A DNA stretch of 63,520 bases, the filler included, from Nemertoderma westbladi (Eukaryota; Animalia; Xenacoelomorpha): NCBI GenBank assembly GCA_032718475.1. It is 3 parts of 3 records of this genome, joined end to end, with 100 filler letters (N's around TTAATTAATTAA, not from the genome) between each part and the next. Parts side by side here need not be neighbours in the genome. Positions count along the whole stretch, not along the records: positions 26,561 to 48,895 come from JAUCBJ010003392.1; 2 more parts are not named here. One strand, written 5' to 3'. The translations under genes were made by a program, and so were the position numbers. Below, piece after piece: positions 35,330 through 48,304 of the stretch. The first letter of the stretch is position 1, and the number at the start of each line of letters is the position of its first letter. The notes beneath the pieces were generated by a model, which worked only from the letters and a program-made list of their open reading frames with translations, was not told the DNA's origin and did not search any database.

Positions 35330-36292
35330 TAGTCGAGTCAATCTAGCAAAAAACCCATAAGTATTTCGCAATCATTTTGGATTCTATATTACCTTATTAA
35401 TGACCAAAAAAGTCTATAAAATTTTATTTTGCGGATCATATGTTTATTCATGGAAATTCTGCGTAAATTTGCATAACACAAGCCGAACAAAAGGAACAGT
35501 AGGGAAAAGTAAGTAGCACATTGGTGATGTTCCAGAATAATTTAATTAATTTCACAATAAGCTGTGATTCAATGGGATATTAGTAATATTTACACTGGCT
35601 TGATACACATTAATTGCTATATCTCGGAAACAAGAAGTCGCATCAAATTTTTTAATATATTAAAAACTTCACGATATATTAAGCTAACCGTTGTAAAAAA
35701 ATTATACAATTCCACTGCAAGGAAATTTCATAATTTCCATTATTGTTAGTGAAGATTTTTCACATAATTAAATTGTGATTGCTCTATTGATTTTAGGTGT
35801 AATTTATTTATTTGTTTTAGTTTGAAAACCACAATAGTTTATAATATAACAAATAAATTTTTTGGGGATAAGGGTTTTTGAGGTCGATAAATCCGATGGG
35901 CGAGGTTACATCCACCCGTTTAGTAGAGAAGTTGTGTAAATAAGGTCCTTATATTGTACCAGCAAAATTGGTATTAAATATGGTTAAATTATTAGACCAA
36001 TTTCCGTTGCTCTGGAAACTAAATTGGTAACCATATAGAAGTGCATACTTCTGTCAATCGATAGCCATTAGAGTAAAGAGTCTGTACCAAATTTGGAGAA
36101 AATCCCACCAATAGACCCCTTGTTGCTAAATTCCATGTTGCTAAGGAAAGAAACAGGAAATTGAAGGTGATCCGCAAAATATATTTTTATAGACTTTTTT
36201 GGGGGCACTAACAAGGTAATGTAGAATAAAATTGGATGAATTACGAATTTGTTATGGGTTGACCCCCTTTTTCGGCTAGATTGACTCGCCTA
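35330..36292. mobile_element. Non-autonomous Academ-like element in REEP intron 1
   Basis: TAG...CTA termini; ~110-bp imperfect TIR (tagtcgagtcaatctagc / gctagattgactcgccta); near-TSD tatt / tatg. Confidence 0.6.
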
Positions 36293-36359
36293 TATGTTGA
36301 TATTAAACACTACACGCGCATGTTACATGTACAACACGTAGGTACTGTACACAACATAC

Positions 36360-36487
36360 CTCAATTTCAGATTCCTCCATACATTTATCAAAAACGACTT
36401 TAATTGTTGAATACTTATAAATTTTTTATTTGCATCGGCTCTCCCTGTCAAATTACTGTTTCTTGAATTAGTGAAATTGGGGTTCAT
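36360..36487 (-). CDS. REEP5: REEP5-like gene, probable first coding exon
   Basis: ATG 36487, MNPNFTNSRN...NVWRNLKL-R; donor gtatgt in phase 2, matching the exon 2 acceptor. Confidence 0.6.
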
Positions 36488-36825
36488 TGCAATAATCACA
36501 GTAACTAACAATTATTAACAAAAAAACTAATATTGTATTACAAAAGTGCAATTTAATTAAAAATATTAACAAGATGTTACGCGGCCATAGGATGCTTGTT
36601 AGATAAATATGAGCACCGCACCAGCAGTTCCTGTTGTTATAGCATTTAGTCATAGCTGGGAGCATAGCGTCTATCAATCCAGGCTGATTCCCGGATCTGC
36701 TGCGGAAACAGCTCAGTAAGTTCTACGTAGGAAAGCTAATCGATATTCATGGGGAAATACATTATTTTAGGGACGTAAATAAATGATTTATTTACATGTT
36801 ATCTTAAGTGTGTGGTGGACATTAT

Positions 36826-37135
36826 AGCCCGCTCATACAACTTTGTGGTCCGTTCACACGACCTTATGATGATCCGCTCACACAACTTTATGGTCCGTTC
36901 ACAAGACTATGATAGTCCGCTCACACAATTTTATTGTCTGTTCACACTACTTTATAGTCTGATCACATATCTGTATGGCCAGCTCACACAACTTTGTGGT
37001 TCGCACAAACAACTTTATGATAGTCCGTTCAAACAATTTTATGGTCCACTCACACATCTTAATGGTCCGCTCACATAACTTTAGTATGGTCCGCTCACAT
37101 AACTTTAGTATGGTCCGCTCATACAACCGCTCAAA
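36826..37135. repeat. Degenerate ~21-bp minisatellite
   Basis: Repeated ggtccgctcacacaactttat-like units. Confidence 0.8.
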
Positions 37136-38524
37136 CAGCTTTATTTTCGATTAGTTTTTTTTGTTGTATTATTGTTTTACTTGTTCTTTTCATAGTTTTC
37201 ATACTCAAGCCGCTATTCTCTAGGTGTTGTCTGGTTTAGTCGGCCAACGACAACCAACTTGGGCAATTCTTACTGTACCAGTACATACTGTGTAGTAGCA
37301 CTGTATCTGCAATTATACTGTAACTGAATGATTTTGATAATTTGTTGATAATGTAACTGAAACTGTAAGTACGAATTTTGAATACTGTAACTGAAACTGT
37401 AAGTACGAATTTTGAATACTGTAACTGTAACTGAAATTACTACAAATCGATTCAGTTCTCAACCACACAACTAACGTTCATTTGAAAGAGTATTGTAATA
37501 GTTGAATAAATGAATAACACTTGACGACATGGGAATCATTTTTAAAACGTTGTATATTATTATAGTTTTGGACCTTGATAGTAGTCAAGTGACCCAAACA
37601 CCCATTATTGCCCACTTAGCCCAACTGTGATTTATTTGGCGAGTCATGTAGTGAAGGAAGATCTAGCATATGGTTATAATTAGTCTATGTTTATCTGTAG
37701 TAACTATTAGACTATTAACAGTCTTTTCACAACGCTTTCCTTTCTAAATATCGCATACTGTAGGGGTATGCCTATAAATGTTTTAGATAAACAAAAATAA
37801 AGTTAATGGTAGAGGGATATATAACAGATTTCCTACAACAACTATCTATATAGTAGCTCCATAAAGAGACAGTTTCGTAATGAACATTTCTATTAGTGTA
37901 TATTACAGTAATATATTAAAGTGACTGATTTTAAATTTTAGATAACTTCGAGATTCAAGATTCGTTTGATTTTTGTTGGGCAACTGACTCATTGGGCAAG
38001 TGACTGCACTGCCGACTGCACCCCATTATTTGAATCACTTCTTACTACGTGGAATAATATATTGAATCTATAACTGAAACTGTAATTGAAATTTTATCAG
38101 GATCAAAACTGAAATGCAACACTTTTAACAATGAAACTGTAACTGAAATTAGTCAAAATTGATTCAGTTCTCGACACTGCTGTGTAGGTAGAGTCGTATT
38201 GATTGTCGAGAGGTTTTGTGTGGGCCCTAAAAACACAGAAGCACTAATTATATTTGAGCAATGTTGTAGGCGGGTTGACGAGATATTGCCGGGGGGATAA
38301 CATGCAACATTGGAATCTGTTTTAACTAACAAACTTATCGTCTGAGACTTAAAATACAAATTAACAATAAAGATATCCTTTGTCCGCAACGAATACTTTA
38401 AAATCACGATACTTAATTTATTTTGCTCAATTAAAGTGACGTGTAATATATTATATACTAATATATACCGGTACTACGACCAATAACCGGGAGACCTGTA
38501 AATGATTGGCAATTGGTGACGGAT

Positions 38525-39148
38525 TTAATCCGTCACGCCATCTTCCACTTTATTAGTGACGTCACTGGTGGATCCGGACAGATCCGTTTGTTGGAGCTGA
38601 TTGGCGAGGTCATCGCCACCTTTAGTGACGTCACCTCGTCCTTTAGTGACGTCACTGGGCCCCGATATAACCTGTTTGTTCAGCTGTTTCTCACTTATAT
38701 CTCCGGGAGTCTCTATCGCTATGGTTACGGGTCCGTCGTTCACTATCTCAACCTGCATGAATGCCCCGAATTCGCCCTCCTTAACGGCGTCGCTGCGGTA
38801 CAGACGTCGCAACTCCGCCAGGAACCGCTGGTACATAGAGTCGGCGTCATCGGCCATCATCGCGGAGTGGAAGTCGGGTTTGTTGCCTTTGAGCACCGAG
38901 TAGAGAGTGAACTGACTGACACAGAGGATCTCCAAACCCCGGTCCATCACCGATTTATCCCACTTCTTCCCGTTGTCGTCCTCGAACACACGGAGGTTGA
39001 GGACTTTCTTCGCGAGGTACTGAATGTGCTTGTCGTCGTCCCGACGTGAGACTCCCAGGAGGACGCAGAGACCCGGGCCGATCGCGCTGACATGGCGACC
39101 GTCAACGCTGACGCCCGCACGACTAACGCGCTGGATAAGGGCCTTCAT
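38525..39148 (-). CDS. DTD1: D-aminoacyl-tRNA deacylase 1, single exon
   Basis: MKALIQRV start at 39148, SQFTL, KGNKPDFH, FGAFMQVEIVNDGPVT (Gly-cisPro motif). Confidence 0.96.
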   Translation of the reverse strand: MKALIQRVSRAGVSVDGRHVSAIGPGLCVLLGVSRRDDDKHIQYLAKKVLNLRVFEDDNGKKWDKSVMDRGLEILCVSQFTLYSVLKGNKPDFHSAMMADDADSMYQRFLAELRRLYRSDAVKEGEFGAFMQVEIVNDGPVTIAIETPGDISEKQLNKQVISGPSDVTKGRGDVTKGGDDLANQLQQTDLSGSTSDVTNKVEDGVTD

Positions 39149-39439
39149 CGGGAATAATAAAGACAGAAAGAGGTCGCCGTAAACAAATGCTGGGGAATAC
39201 TCGCTACCGCTAATAATGTTCAATCTTTCAGTTTTAAATGACTAAATTATTGCTGTATTGCTCTGTGCTCCGGATCGCCGTATGTTTTCCTGATTATATA
39301 AATGAGTCTGCAAAAATGCTGAACAAAATCAATCACTATCTGACTATCGCGGTAATCACTACGGTACGGGAATTATTCTGAGATGTACCGTACTAATGAC
39401 TGAATTATCGCCTTTCCTAGTTTATCAATTATTAGCGAT

Positions 39440-39805
39440 TTACGCCAAATTGAGTTTCTTTATTTTATCGAATATTATTGACTTCGAGGCGGATACAGTC
39501 TCAGCGGACTCCAGATCGCAGTTCTGCAAACACGACTTGTCCGATTTCTTACACCTCTTGGAGCAACTAGTCAACTTGGTTATAATTGAGGACAATTCTC
39601 CTTCAATAACCTCCTCGAACTTTAGTCGCGATGCGGCGCAATCGGCCACGCAGTCTTGTCGTTCCCGGAAACCGAGTTTCTTGTCGCAGCAACTAAGAGC
39701 ACACTGGTACAAACCGCGGTCTAGCTTCAGTACAACCGGTGTGTCGAGCTCCTCATTGAGACGGTCCATAGCACCCATTGTTTGAGTCGGTTGAAATTGT
39801 GCCAT
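39440..39805 (-). CDS. FAM136A: FAM136A/DUF842-like twin CX3C protein
   Basis: 121 aa with CxxxCC, CxxxC, CxxxC, CxxxC spacing characteristic of FAM136A. Confidence 0.75.
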   Translation of the reverse strand: MAQFQPTQTMGAMDRLNEELDTPVVLKLDRGLYQCALSCCDKKLGFRERQDCVADCAASRLKFEEVIEGELSSIITKLTSCSKRCKKSDKSCLQNCDLESAETVSASKSIIFDKIKKLNLA

Positions 39806-40063
39806 CTTGAAGCATCGCTATTGGACAAGTTAAACTGTTAATTACACATCTGCAATCTGCACAGCAGAAATTTACAGTACAAACAGCGAACAACTGACCA
39901 GCAAACGCTCTACCTATGAGTACCAGTGTAATGCATTTATGTTCAGTCAGTATTATTATCAACTCAAAAAATTAATTATAAACAAATTTATGAGAAGATT
40001 TCCCCAGATCATCAATTTTCCATCTCTAGAGCCTTTACTTAACCAACGGATTACATTACTGCA

Positions 40064-40990
40064 TTATGAGCATGAGACAATCGCACATGTGGCATAGTGG
40101 AAAAGCACCTCCACCTCACCTAGTAGCAGTGGCGCAGCCAGGATTTCCAAGGAGGGGCTCAGACAAAAATATTTCGTTTTGGTCAGGAATACTTTCTTAA
40201 TTTCAATGATAACTGTGTTAAGTTGTTTTTGGTTATATTATACTGTACAGTATGCCAATGACAGTTTCAAATTTTGCTCTTTTCATTGAAAAGTAAAATT
40301 AATAATTTTTCTAAATAGTGACAGTATTTATTATAAGGCTAATATATGAAACACACGGACTATGAAAAAAAATAAAACAAAATACAAACTAATAAAACAA
40401 TTAAGATTAACTTTATATACAGAACTGAACACAAACGAAAACTATGCTGATACTGAAAGACTGAAACATATTATACAATTATATTTTATTTTGTATATTT
40501 ATCGATTAAAAATAGGTTAATTAATTAATTGAATAATTAAAATAGTAAAAGATATTAGCCGCAAAGATATACAATTATAAGTACAGTATTGTTATTGTTA
40601 TTAACAACACGACAGTTACAATACTAAATACTATTCTGTAATACGCCCACGCATAACGCAAGCCACATAAAAAATAATACTTATATGCATTGTGTAATTA
40701 TTATTAGAGGGAAGCCCTATTGTATACGCTCACTGGGATACCCCAGAAGGCAGCCGTCGAGTCAGACAACCAATAGAATCAACTCACCTCCAATGACCAA
40801 TAGGCCGACTGTATGTGTCTCCTTGTCCTTGTCTCTGCCACTAACGAACTGGATACACCCCAAATTAAATAAATACATGTTCTGGAATGAATATTTACGA
40901 CATGACATGGGCTATAAAAGGCCGGTTTACACATGGCAACTTTTTTGAGCATCTTTGTCAGTAACTTGTAGAGCAACTCATGTTGCCGAT
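40064..40990 (-). CDS. Putative exons of an unrecognised spliced gene (40990-40899, 40848-40788, 40119-40064)
   Basis: Canonical sites (ttttctgcag, gtaaat, tatccag, gtgagt, ctactag) with mutually compatible phases. Spliced peptide RQHELLYKLLTKMLKKVAMCKPAFYSPCHVFVSGRDKDKETHTVGLLVIGGEVEVLFHYATCAIVSCS*. Confidence 0.4.
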
Positions 40991-41553
40991 CTGCAGAAAA
41001 TTGCAGTTTTACTGCAACTTGAATTCGCGAGGGCGAATTAAATCAGGATAGTCAAATTACATTTTTTTGTAAAGAATTTCATGGTTGTTTATTGTTTACT
41101 CCCAGTTGAATTTTATTCTTCTATGCCATTAGTTGTGTGTTTATAGTATAGTTTATAGTAAAAACGATAGTTGTTAGTACCACCTAGTAGTACCTAGTAG
41201 CACTTGTCAAACGTGTTAGTTAAATGCCGCTAGCACAATATCGTGCTAAGTGTAATTAATTATTATACAGTATTTATTGTTCAAGCGGGTTAACTAAAAA
41301 AACCTGATACATATCAAAAGGGAATCCAATCCAAAGGAACTCAATGAAATCAATATTCAATGGCATACATTTTTATTTTGCGTGGTAAATCATTTTAATT
41401 TTTGGCTTACATTTCTTTAAAGTACAACTTATTTAAATAAATAAAAAAATATTGTTCTTCAATTTATTTCTGTATTTGATTGGATTTTCCGATACCGGTA
41501 GCGGTAAAGCGGCTTGCAGATTTCTTCACTATCCCCAATCCAGTAATCAGATC

Positions 41554-42708
41554 ATGGAATCAGAAGGTGCGGACAATATGCTGTTCGATTTGGATATAGT
41601 AAACGAAATAATATCCTCGTTTGCGGATGGAAACCCTAACCAATCGAACTCCAATGATTTTGGATCTTTCCAAACTGGTGACACCGATTGGTTAGATGAG
41701 GAGGACTGGTTCTCTACTTCTCATAACCAACATTATTACCACAACCACAATCACGATGGGCCGATAGACCCTGGGAACTTCTACCACACGCACACCGCAT
41801 ACTACAACCAGCAACCATTCGCAATAGGCCTACCCGACTCTACGTTTGTTGAACAGTTGCAACAAGACCAAACTAACCTCCAATCTACGAGCAGCGAGTA
41901 TCTCTCCAACACAGCGACTACGGATTCGGTTTGTCCTACTGAATCACAAATATTTTCGCATCAATTGCAATTCCCATCTTCGCATTCCCATTTAGGCCAA
42001 CCACCCAATATTCCGGTTGCTGAGATACAACCAGTAAACAGTGGGCGACTCCAACTTCCGGCGTCTCAACATGATCTTCAACAGAGTTCCATAGGCCTAA
42101 CAACTGAGCAAGAAGATAATACTCCTACTAAACCAACCGGTACCTTTACTTATAGACCTCCTTTAAAGGCTCGGCGAAGGCAGAACGTTTCGAATAAAAG
42201 GCGACAAACATCGGTAAAATCGACTAACTTAAACGGCACTGCGGTCGAATCGAACGATATAAATAAAGATTTTAAAGAGATTCGAAATGTTACGGAACGG
42301 AACAGCGCTGAACAAAGGATCGAGAAAATACGAGAAAAGAACGCGAAGGCGGCGAAGGTTAACCGGGAGAAAAAGCGAAAACTGACAGACGAGTTGCAGA
42401 TGAGGGTGAAACTCTTGGTAGAGGACAACGATAAACTTCGGCAGAAACACAACGAGTGTCTCGGGGTCATATTGGGTCTGCGGAAAGAGGTCAGTTACCT
42501 CGGTAACGTTTTGCAGAACGACAGCTCACTGGCCGCGTTGCTTTCTGCTTTACCGACAGCCGAAGGAGTTACGTTGAACTCCAAGGTGGGGCTAGTCCAT
42601 TCCTCCCAGACACTCGACCACGCAGGATTGTGCTTGCACGTGGCCCCAAAACAACCAATTTCTGTTCTTATGTGCCTCAAATGTGCTGAACATGTTAAAA
42701 ATTCTTAA
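41554..42708 (+). CDS. CREBZF: CREBZF/Zhangfei-like bZIP transcription factor, single exon
   Basis: Basic region KNAKAAKVNREKKRK, zipper ending EVSYL..VL.N.S.LAALL, and C-terminal GLCLHV....S...CxxC motif. Confidence 0.82.
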   Translation: MESEGADNMLFDLDIVNEIISSFADGNPNQSNSNDFGSFQTGDTDWLDEEDWFSTSHNQHYYHNHNHDGPIDPGNFYHTHTAYYNQQPFAIGLPDSTFVEQLQQDQTNLQSTSSEYLSNTATTDSVCPTESQIFSHQLQFPSSHSHLGQPPNIPVAEIQPVNSGRLQLPASQHDLQQSSIGLTTEQEDNTPTKPTGTFTYRPPLKARRRQNVSNKRRQTSVKSTNLNGTAVESNDINKDFKEIRNVTERNSAEQRIEKIREKNAKAAKVNREKKRKLTDELQMRVKLLVEDNDKLRQKHNECLGVILGLRKEVSYLGNVLQNDSSLAALLSALPTAEGVTLNSKVGLVHSSQTLDHAGLCLHVAPKQPISVLMCLKCAEHVKNS

Positions 42709-43408
42709 CGGAAAGAATCACAATATTTAATAATTTATATATTTAATAATAATGAGAAATAAATTGGCGCCTATTTCTGGACTCCCTAAAAATAATGAAA
42801 TTTACAATAAATTTAATACAATCATTTATTGATATCTGGTGCACTTATTACCACTCAAATTGTGTAAGTTGGCAGATAAAAACAAATAAAATAATAAAAT
42901 ACATTGAGATAATAAATCATAGTTTAAAATGATTAAATCTGTAAACAAGCTTTAATGGTCCAGTAATGGACGGATCCATTGCTATCATTATTGTTGTAAT
43001 AAATTACGCGCCTATGCAGGGCAGCCTAATAACGAAAAACGAAACATTGGGTACATGTCCAATAGATGCTGTCTATGGGGTGTCGAGAGAATTTTGATTG
43101 AGTGTATTCTACGATTATGATCGGTAATTCTAGAATTAATATCACTGTTGCTAGGCAACCAACAGGTCCCTCGCAACCAAAACCGTGCATACACAACTAG
43201 GTCCGATAATGAACCTATCATCAAAGTTTCATCCAATTCCATCAACATTAAGTGAAAGAAGTTGTGTGTACAATCAGAAACACGCAAACAAAACACGTGT
43301 GAGAAATAAGGATATTTTATTGCGGCCATATCATCCAAAACTTAAAATAGCTATCTGCCCTGCCCTCTTTTATAGGAGTAAAAAACGTTCGAAAAAAAAA
43401 CTTTCGAG

Positions 43409-43686
43409 GGCCCATGTGAAGAATACCAGACTTTCTGCCGTTATATTTCACTTTGCAGTTACCCCCATGTGAAGAATACCTGGTTTTCACCAAAAACACA
43501 GGTTACAGAAGGGCTGAATCTAACCAAAACAATAAACGAATTAGTACATGTACAGGTTATAAGACAGAAATAAGCGCTATAAAACACTTAATAAAGATAA
43601 ATTTAAAAAAATAAAAAATCTTCATATATAAAATTCCAATAAAATGTCGACCGAGAAGTGAAATCCTGTTATTCTTCACATGGGCG
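43409..43686. mobile_element. MITE, copy 1 (Merlin-like)
   Basis: TIR gcccatgtgaagaata; near-identical to 44140-44417. Confidence 0.85.
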
Positions 43687-44082
43687 ATCTTCACACATGT
43701 CCAGGTACAACAGACACAATTTTGGAACTGATACTTCCATTTTTAACGGTATAAAAATTGGAACGATTTGCCTAATGAAATAAAAAAAAAGATTATCAAC
43801 ATTCTTTTAAATTTGCAGTTAAATCTCACCTCCGTGTACGTACAGATAGTAACTACAATAATAAAAGTACTGTAAATAAAAATAAAAAGTTATTAGGATA
43901 TAACAATTTACTAATTTACTTACTGTGTAGGCCTACTGTAAATTACGTTTTATAAATAATGTATGTGGGGCGAGCGACGAAAGTAAGCGAGCTTAGCATG
44001 CAGGTACCACTAACTCAATCGGTGTGTCTGTTGTTCTGTTCAGATTTATTTAAAAGAAATACTTTATATTTGTAATTACAAA

Positions 44083-44593
44083 GATTCAGTGGGCACTGCT
44101 GGCGAAGTAAAGGCGAGATTATACCAGATCTACTTTTCTGGCCCATGTGAAGAATACCAGACTTTCTGCCGTTATATTTCACTTTGCAGTTGCCCCCATG
44201 TGAAGAATACCAGGTTTTTACCAAAACCACAGGTTACAGAAGGGCTGAATCTAACCAAAACAATAAACGAATTAGTATATGTACAGGTTATAAGACAGAA
44301 ATAAGCGCTATAAAACACTTAATAAAGATAAATTAAAAAAAATAAAAAATCTTCATATATAAAATTCCAATAAAAAGTCGACCGAAAAGTGAAATCCTGG
44401 TATTCTTCACATGGGCGACTTTTCTGGCAACCAACACAAGGAAAGCGTAGTCGTGGACGACCGGCTATATAGATCAACATGAAAGGGATACTGAACTTGG
44501 GAGAAACGAAATTGCGACAACTATGGAGAATCGGGAAGCCTGGGTGGATCTCATTGCCACTGTCCGAGTTCGCTCGACCTACTTAGTAGTAGT
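44083..44593 (+). mobile_element. RTE-LINE 3' fragment interrupted by a MITE
   Basis: Matches 24508-24745, including the gagttcgctcgaccta..tagtagtag tail. Confidence 0.85.
44140..44417. mobile_element. MITE, copy 2, with 8-9 bp TSD
   Basis: TSD acttttct(g) on both sides; removing it restores the RTE sequence. Confidence 0.88.
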
Positions 44594-45599
44594 GTCTACT
44601 GTAGTGCATGTAATACTTTACTATTGCAACCATTAAGTAACATGTCATGTAACATTAAGGACCCCCTTGGTCTTGGAAATAAGCTGCAAAAGTGGTAAGT
44701 AATCCTATGTTATGCTGGACAATACCTATATTGTTTGGTGTATTTGTTATTGTTTTTATATAATGAATAATATATTTTTTATTTTGCTCTTCTTTTAATC
44801 CTGAGGGAATAGTAAAAGCATATCTTTTAGAAGACGTCGAAGAAATGACTAAAAACACTTTAACTATTTTGAAGATAAACAAATTACACGGTTGAAAATT
44901 TATGAAAAGTTACGATTTTTGATGTCAATCAAAAAAACAAATATATTAATTATTAATTACTTTAATTATTGTAATGCGAGAATATTCCTTATGGCAGACA
45001 ACCTTCTTTTTCAACATTCTTTTAAATCTGCAGTTAAATCTCACCTCCGTGTGCAATGTAAAAATAGGTACAATAGTCCTACAGTAAGTTATTAGTTTAT
45101 TAATTATTTACAATTTATACTGTAATTAAGTTTTATAATAAATCTAATACAAAATAATGTACATTACATCTTTATCGTTGAGTCGGACATTGTCACGCTC
45201 TTGGTAAAGTTGTACATGTACATAGTGTAATTACGTTTTATATTGGTTTTAGGTTAGCGTAGTGTAATATTGTATTTGTAACCAAGTAACATAAAGGACC
45301 CCCTTGGAAATAAGCTGCAAAGCTTTAGGGGTAATCCTATATGTTATGTTGGACAATACCTTTATACCGGTACATTGTTTGGTGTATTTGTTATTGTTTT
45401 TTACATAATGTATAAATAAATCTATCTATATAACCTCAGTCTCATATTTAAACTTTCGGGTGATATTCTTACTAGTTAGTTACATTAGCCCAACTTATCA
45501 GCGCTCTGGTGTTATCCACGTCGGCCTATGGGTTGTAGCTCAAAGTAGTCACTCACTTAGTAACAATAAACTTATAGAACACTACTTGAGTAAATGAGT

Positions 45600-45747
45600 A
45601 GGGCCCATTGTTGAAGCAATTATGTGGTAAGTGTCATGCCTAAGGACATAAAAGTGCGAAATTTCTACAGCCTTTAGTCGGATTTGAACCTGTGCCGCCC
45701 AACACTAGTGAAACCAGTTCAGGCGCTGTATCCACTCGGACACTGTG
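45600..45747 (-). mobile_element. tRNA-derived SINE
   Basis: On the minus strand: A-box-like tgtccgagtgg, B box ggttcaaatcc, then gactaaaggctgtagaaatttcgcac shared with 59700. Confidence 0.7.
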
Positions 45748-45811
45748 ACATAGATTTATCACAACCCTGGGAAACACATTTCCACATACCATACCAGTAC
45801 AGGATAGGTCT

Positions 45812-46118
45812 AGCCCCGTTCACATCCAACGGTGCGTGAGCGGTAAAGTAGTCTAGCGGTATTGAAGCGGTAAGCCAGCGGTACACTACCCGGAGCCCGT
45901 TCACACCCAACGGTACCGTTGCGGTAACTGATTGTCTATCTGTCGACTGTGAATTCAACAGGAAATTACATTAATTGTTTTAACATTCTCTAAATGGGCT
46001 GCGGTAAACCGCGTGGTGAACAGCACAACTACCTGTTGGGTCGTTCACAGTCAGCGGTATACCGCTGGCCCTGCGGTACACCGCGCGGTGTACCGTTCCG
46101 TTGGATGTGAACGGGCCT
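45812..46118. mobile_element. Harbinger-like MITE
   Basis: TIR cccgttcacatccaacgg / ccgttggatgtgaacggg; internal gcggta repeats. Confidence 0.7.
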
Positions 46119-47663
46119 TCAGAGAGGTAGAACTAACATGAAACGGTTAGAAATGAAGTCCAGTGCTGCGCGGCAGTTGGATCCCAGACTACACCACTAC
46201 CTGCAGTTTTGGGGAGTAAATAAACTCCAAGCCACCTGCCATGAACAGATCCCAGCAAAGTCACATCCTTCGAAATTGCTACTAATATGCTGCTAATTTG
46301 ATCGAAATAAATTTTCTTCGAAATTATCAGCATTTTTGCCGTCTAAATTGTCTGATGATTCAGTCTACAATTCGTAGGATAAATTCATAAATTATCCTTC
46401 TAAACGAAGGATAAATTTGAAGACTATTCGAAGATTCTGAAGATTTAGCTAGTTTTTAGCCGGCAAATAGAAGGATAAATATGCCTACTATTCGCCGGAT
46501 AAATTATCCTTCTAAACGAAGGATAAATTTGTAGACTTTTCAAAAGGTTGGATCATTTAGCTTAGTTTTGTTAAGTTATGCATAGTTACTGTATGTTATG
46601 TTTTATCCGGCAAATACTGAGAGTACAGTAAAATAATAATTATATAGTTATGCCTACTAATAATCCGAATATTTTTTTTATCTGGGGACCATATTTAGCA
46701 GTAAATTAGTACAAAGTTATCAGTTCTTTAGAATTGTCGATTATATAATAATATCATCTGATGCAAAGAAAATTGATCTACAGTATATTATGTCCAGTGC
46801 CATTCATATTGTTTTATGAAATAAATCCATTAATTACTGTGTGATGCTGTGTCTGTCCTTAAAGGTGCGGCAATCCATGTATCCAGAGTCTGCAGGTCTG
46901 AGTGTATGGCAGAGCTAGAGGTAAAGGCGATGTCCATACTGCCCTATGTCACTGTCAGAATGTCAGACACCTGTAAAAACGAGACTATCTGACTATGTCT
47001 TTCAGGCAGTCAGTTAAATCCTGGGGACAAACAAAGCACATATTTTTTCAGTATTAATACGTGTACCATATCCGAAACTGAAAGTTTTAAAAAATATGTC
47101 CTTTTATACTACAGTATAACGATACAGAAACTATTTACTCTAACTGCTCTATACTGTATAAAATATATTCTTAATTAATAATTATTTTTAAATCTTTTAT
47201 TTAATAAACAAATTTTAATATTTAATATTTTCTTGCTATCATGCACCCCGGTCAGCCTGTACAATCAGCTCGTCGCACATCTGCACATGTACCTAACAGT
47301 ACAACATGTCGCAGCGCAGTTTCGTACCTGCTGACCCATACCGTACCTCCCTCATAATGTACTTAGTAACTGAGCCAGAATTTGTATTTTTGCTTTTTAT
47401 TCTTTAGCTACAAGCATTTGAAAAAAGTGTCACCGGCGGCGATATCAGCACCAGTCCCATCTCAGTTCTTCAACCTTATATTAATTTGTTGGTTCTGATG
47501 GAAAGCTGACCATGCAAGGATTCCAAATATGTAAAACATTTCAATTTAGGAAATAGCTGAGATATGGGTTTTCGAAAGTTGAATGTTTTTTCACGGCGCG
47601 AGGCTATTTTTTTCTATTTAATAAATAAACCATGTTCTAGAACATGATGTAAAAACGTAACTA

Positions 47664-47806
47664 GGGGGCGTTCATAAAGTATGTCACGCACTAGGGCGGG
47701 GGGGGGGGGGGGGTCGAGCTTGCGTGACATTTTGTAACAGAGGGGAGGGGGGGGGGGGTGGTCAAAAGTCGGGAAAATTTGCGTGACATACTTTATGAAC
47801 GCCCCC
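47664..47806. mobile_element. Harbinger/ISL2EU-like MITE with poly-G core
   Basis: Perfect TIR gggggcgttcataaagtatgtcacgc; TSD CTA. Confidence 0.85.
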
Positions 47807-48070
47807 CTAGAACGTAACTGAGGGTTCAGACTCACTTCCCAGAAAGACTGATTACTACTGTGAACAATTCGTATCTGGGAATTTAAATTCGTACTGTAAC
47901 TGGGAACTGAAATTTGAAACCGGAATTTCAGATTTGTAAATCTGATGAGCATTCGCAGCATATGGTCTTTTCCTTACCAGCCGCTTGGTCCATTACTATG
48001 TAAAATATTATCACTTCTTTATATGGCTGATAATTGTCTTCGAAAACGAATATAATTTATCAGGCAATAT

Positions 48071-48304
48071 TATATTTGAGGGTATACATGGAAACTTTAG
48101 GTGATAATCGATGTTGATGACTCTATTAAAATTAATTAAATTTAGATGTATTTAATTAATAATTATGCTTCTCTGATGATGAAAATGTGCATTTCATCAT
48201 CAGAGAAGCATAATTATTAATTAAATGCATCTAAATTTAATTAATTTTAATAGAGTCATCAACATCGATTATCACCTAAAGTTTCCATGGATACCCTCAA
48301 ATAT
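48071..48304. repeat. Near-perfect ~234-bp palindrome with almost no loop
   Basis: Arms of about 113 bp centred on gaaaatgtgcatttc (~48187). Confidence 0.93.

Noticed and set aside
38513-39049. Long antisense ORFs over DTD1, FAM136A, NIFK and SDF4
   Set aside because: Expected shadow ORFs of GC-richer coding sequence.
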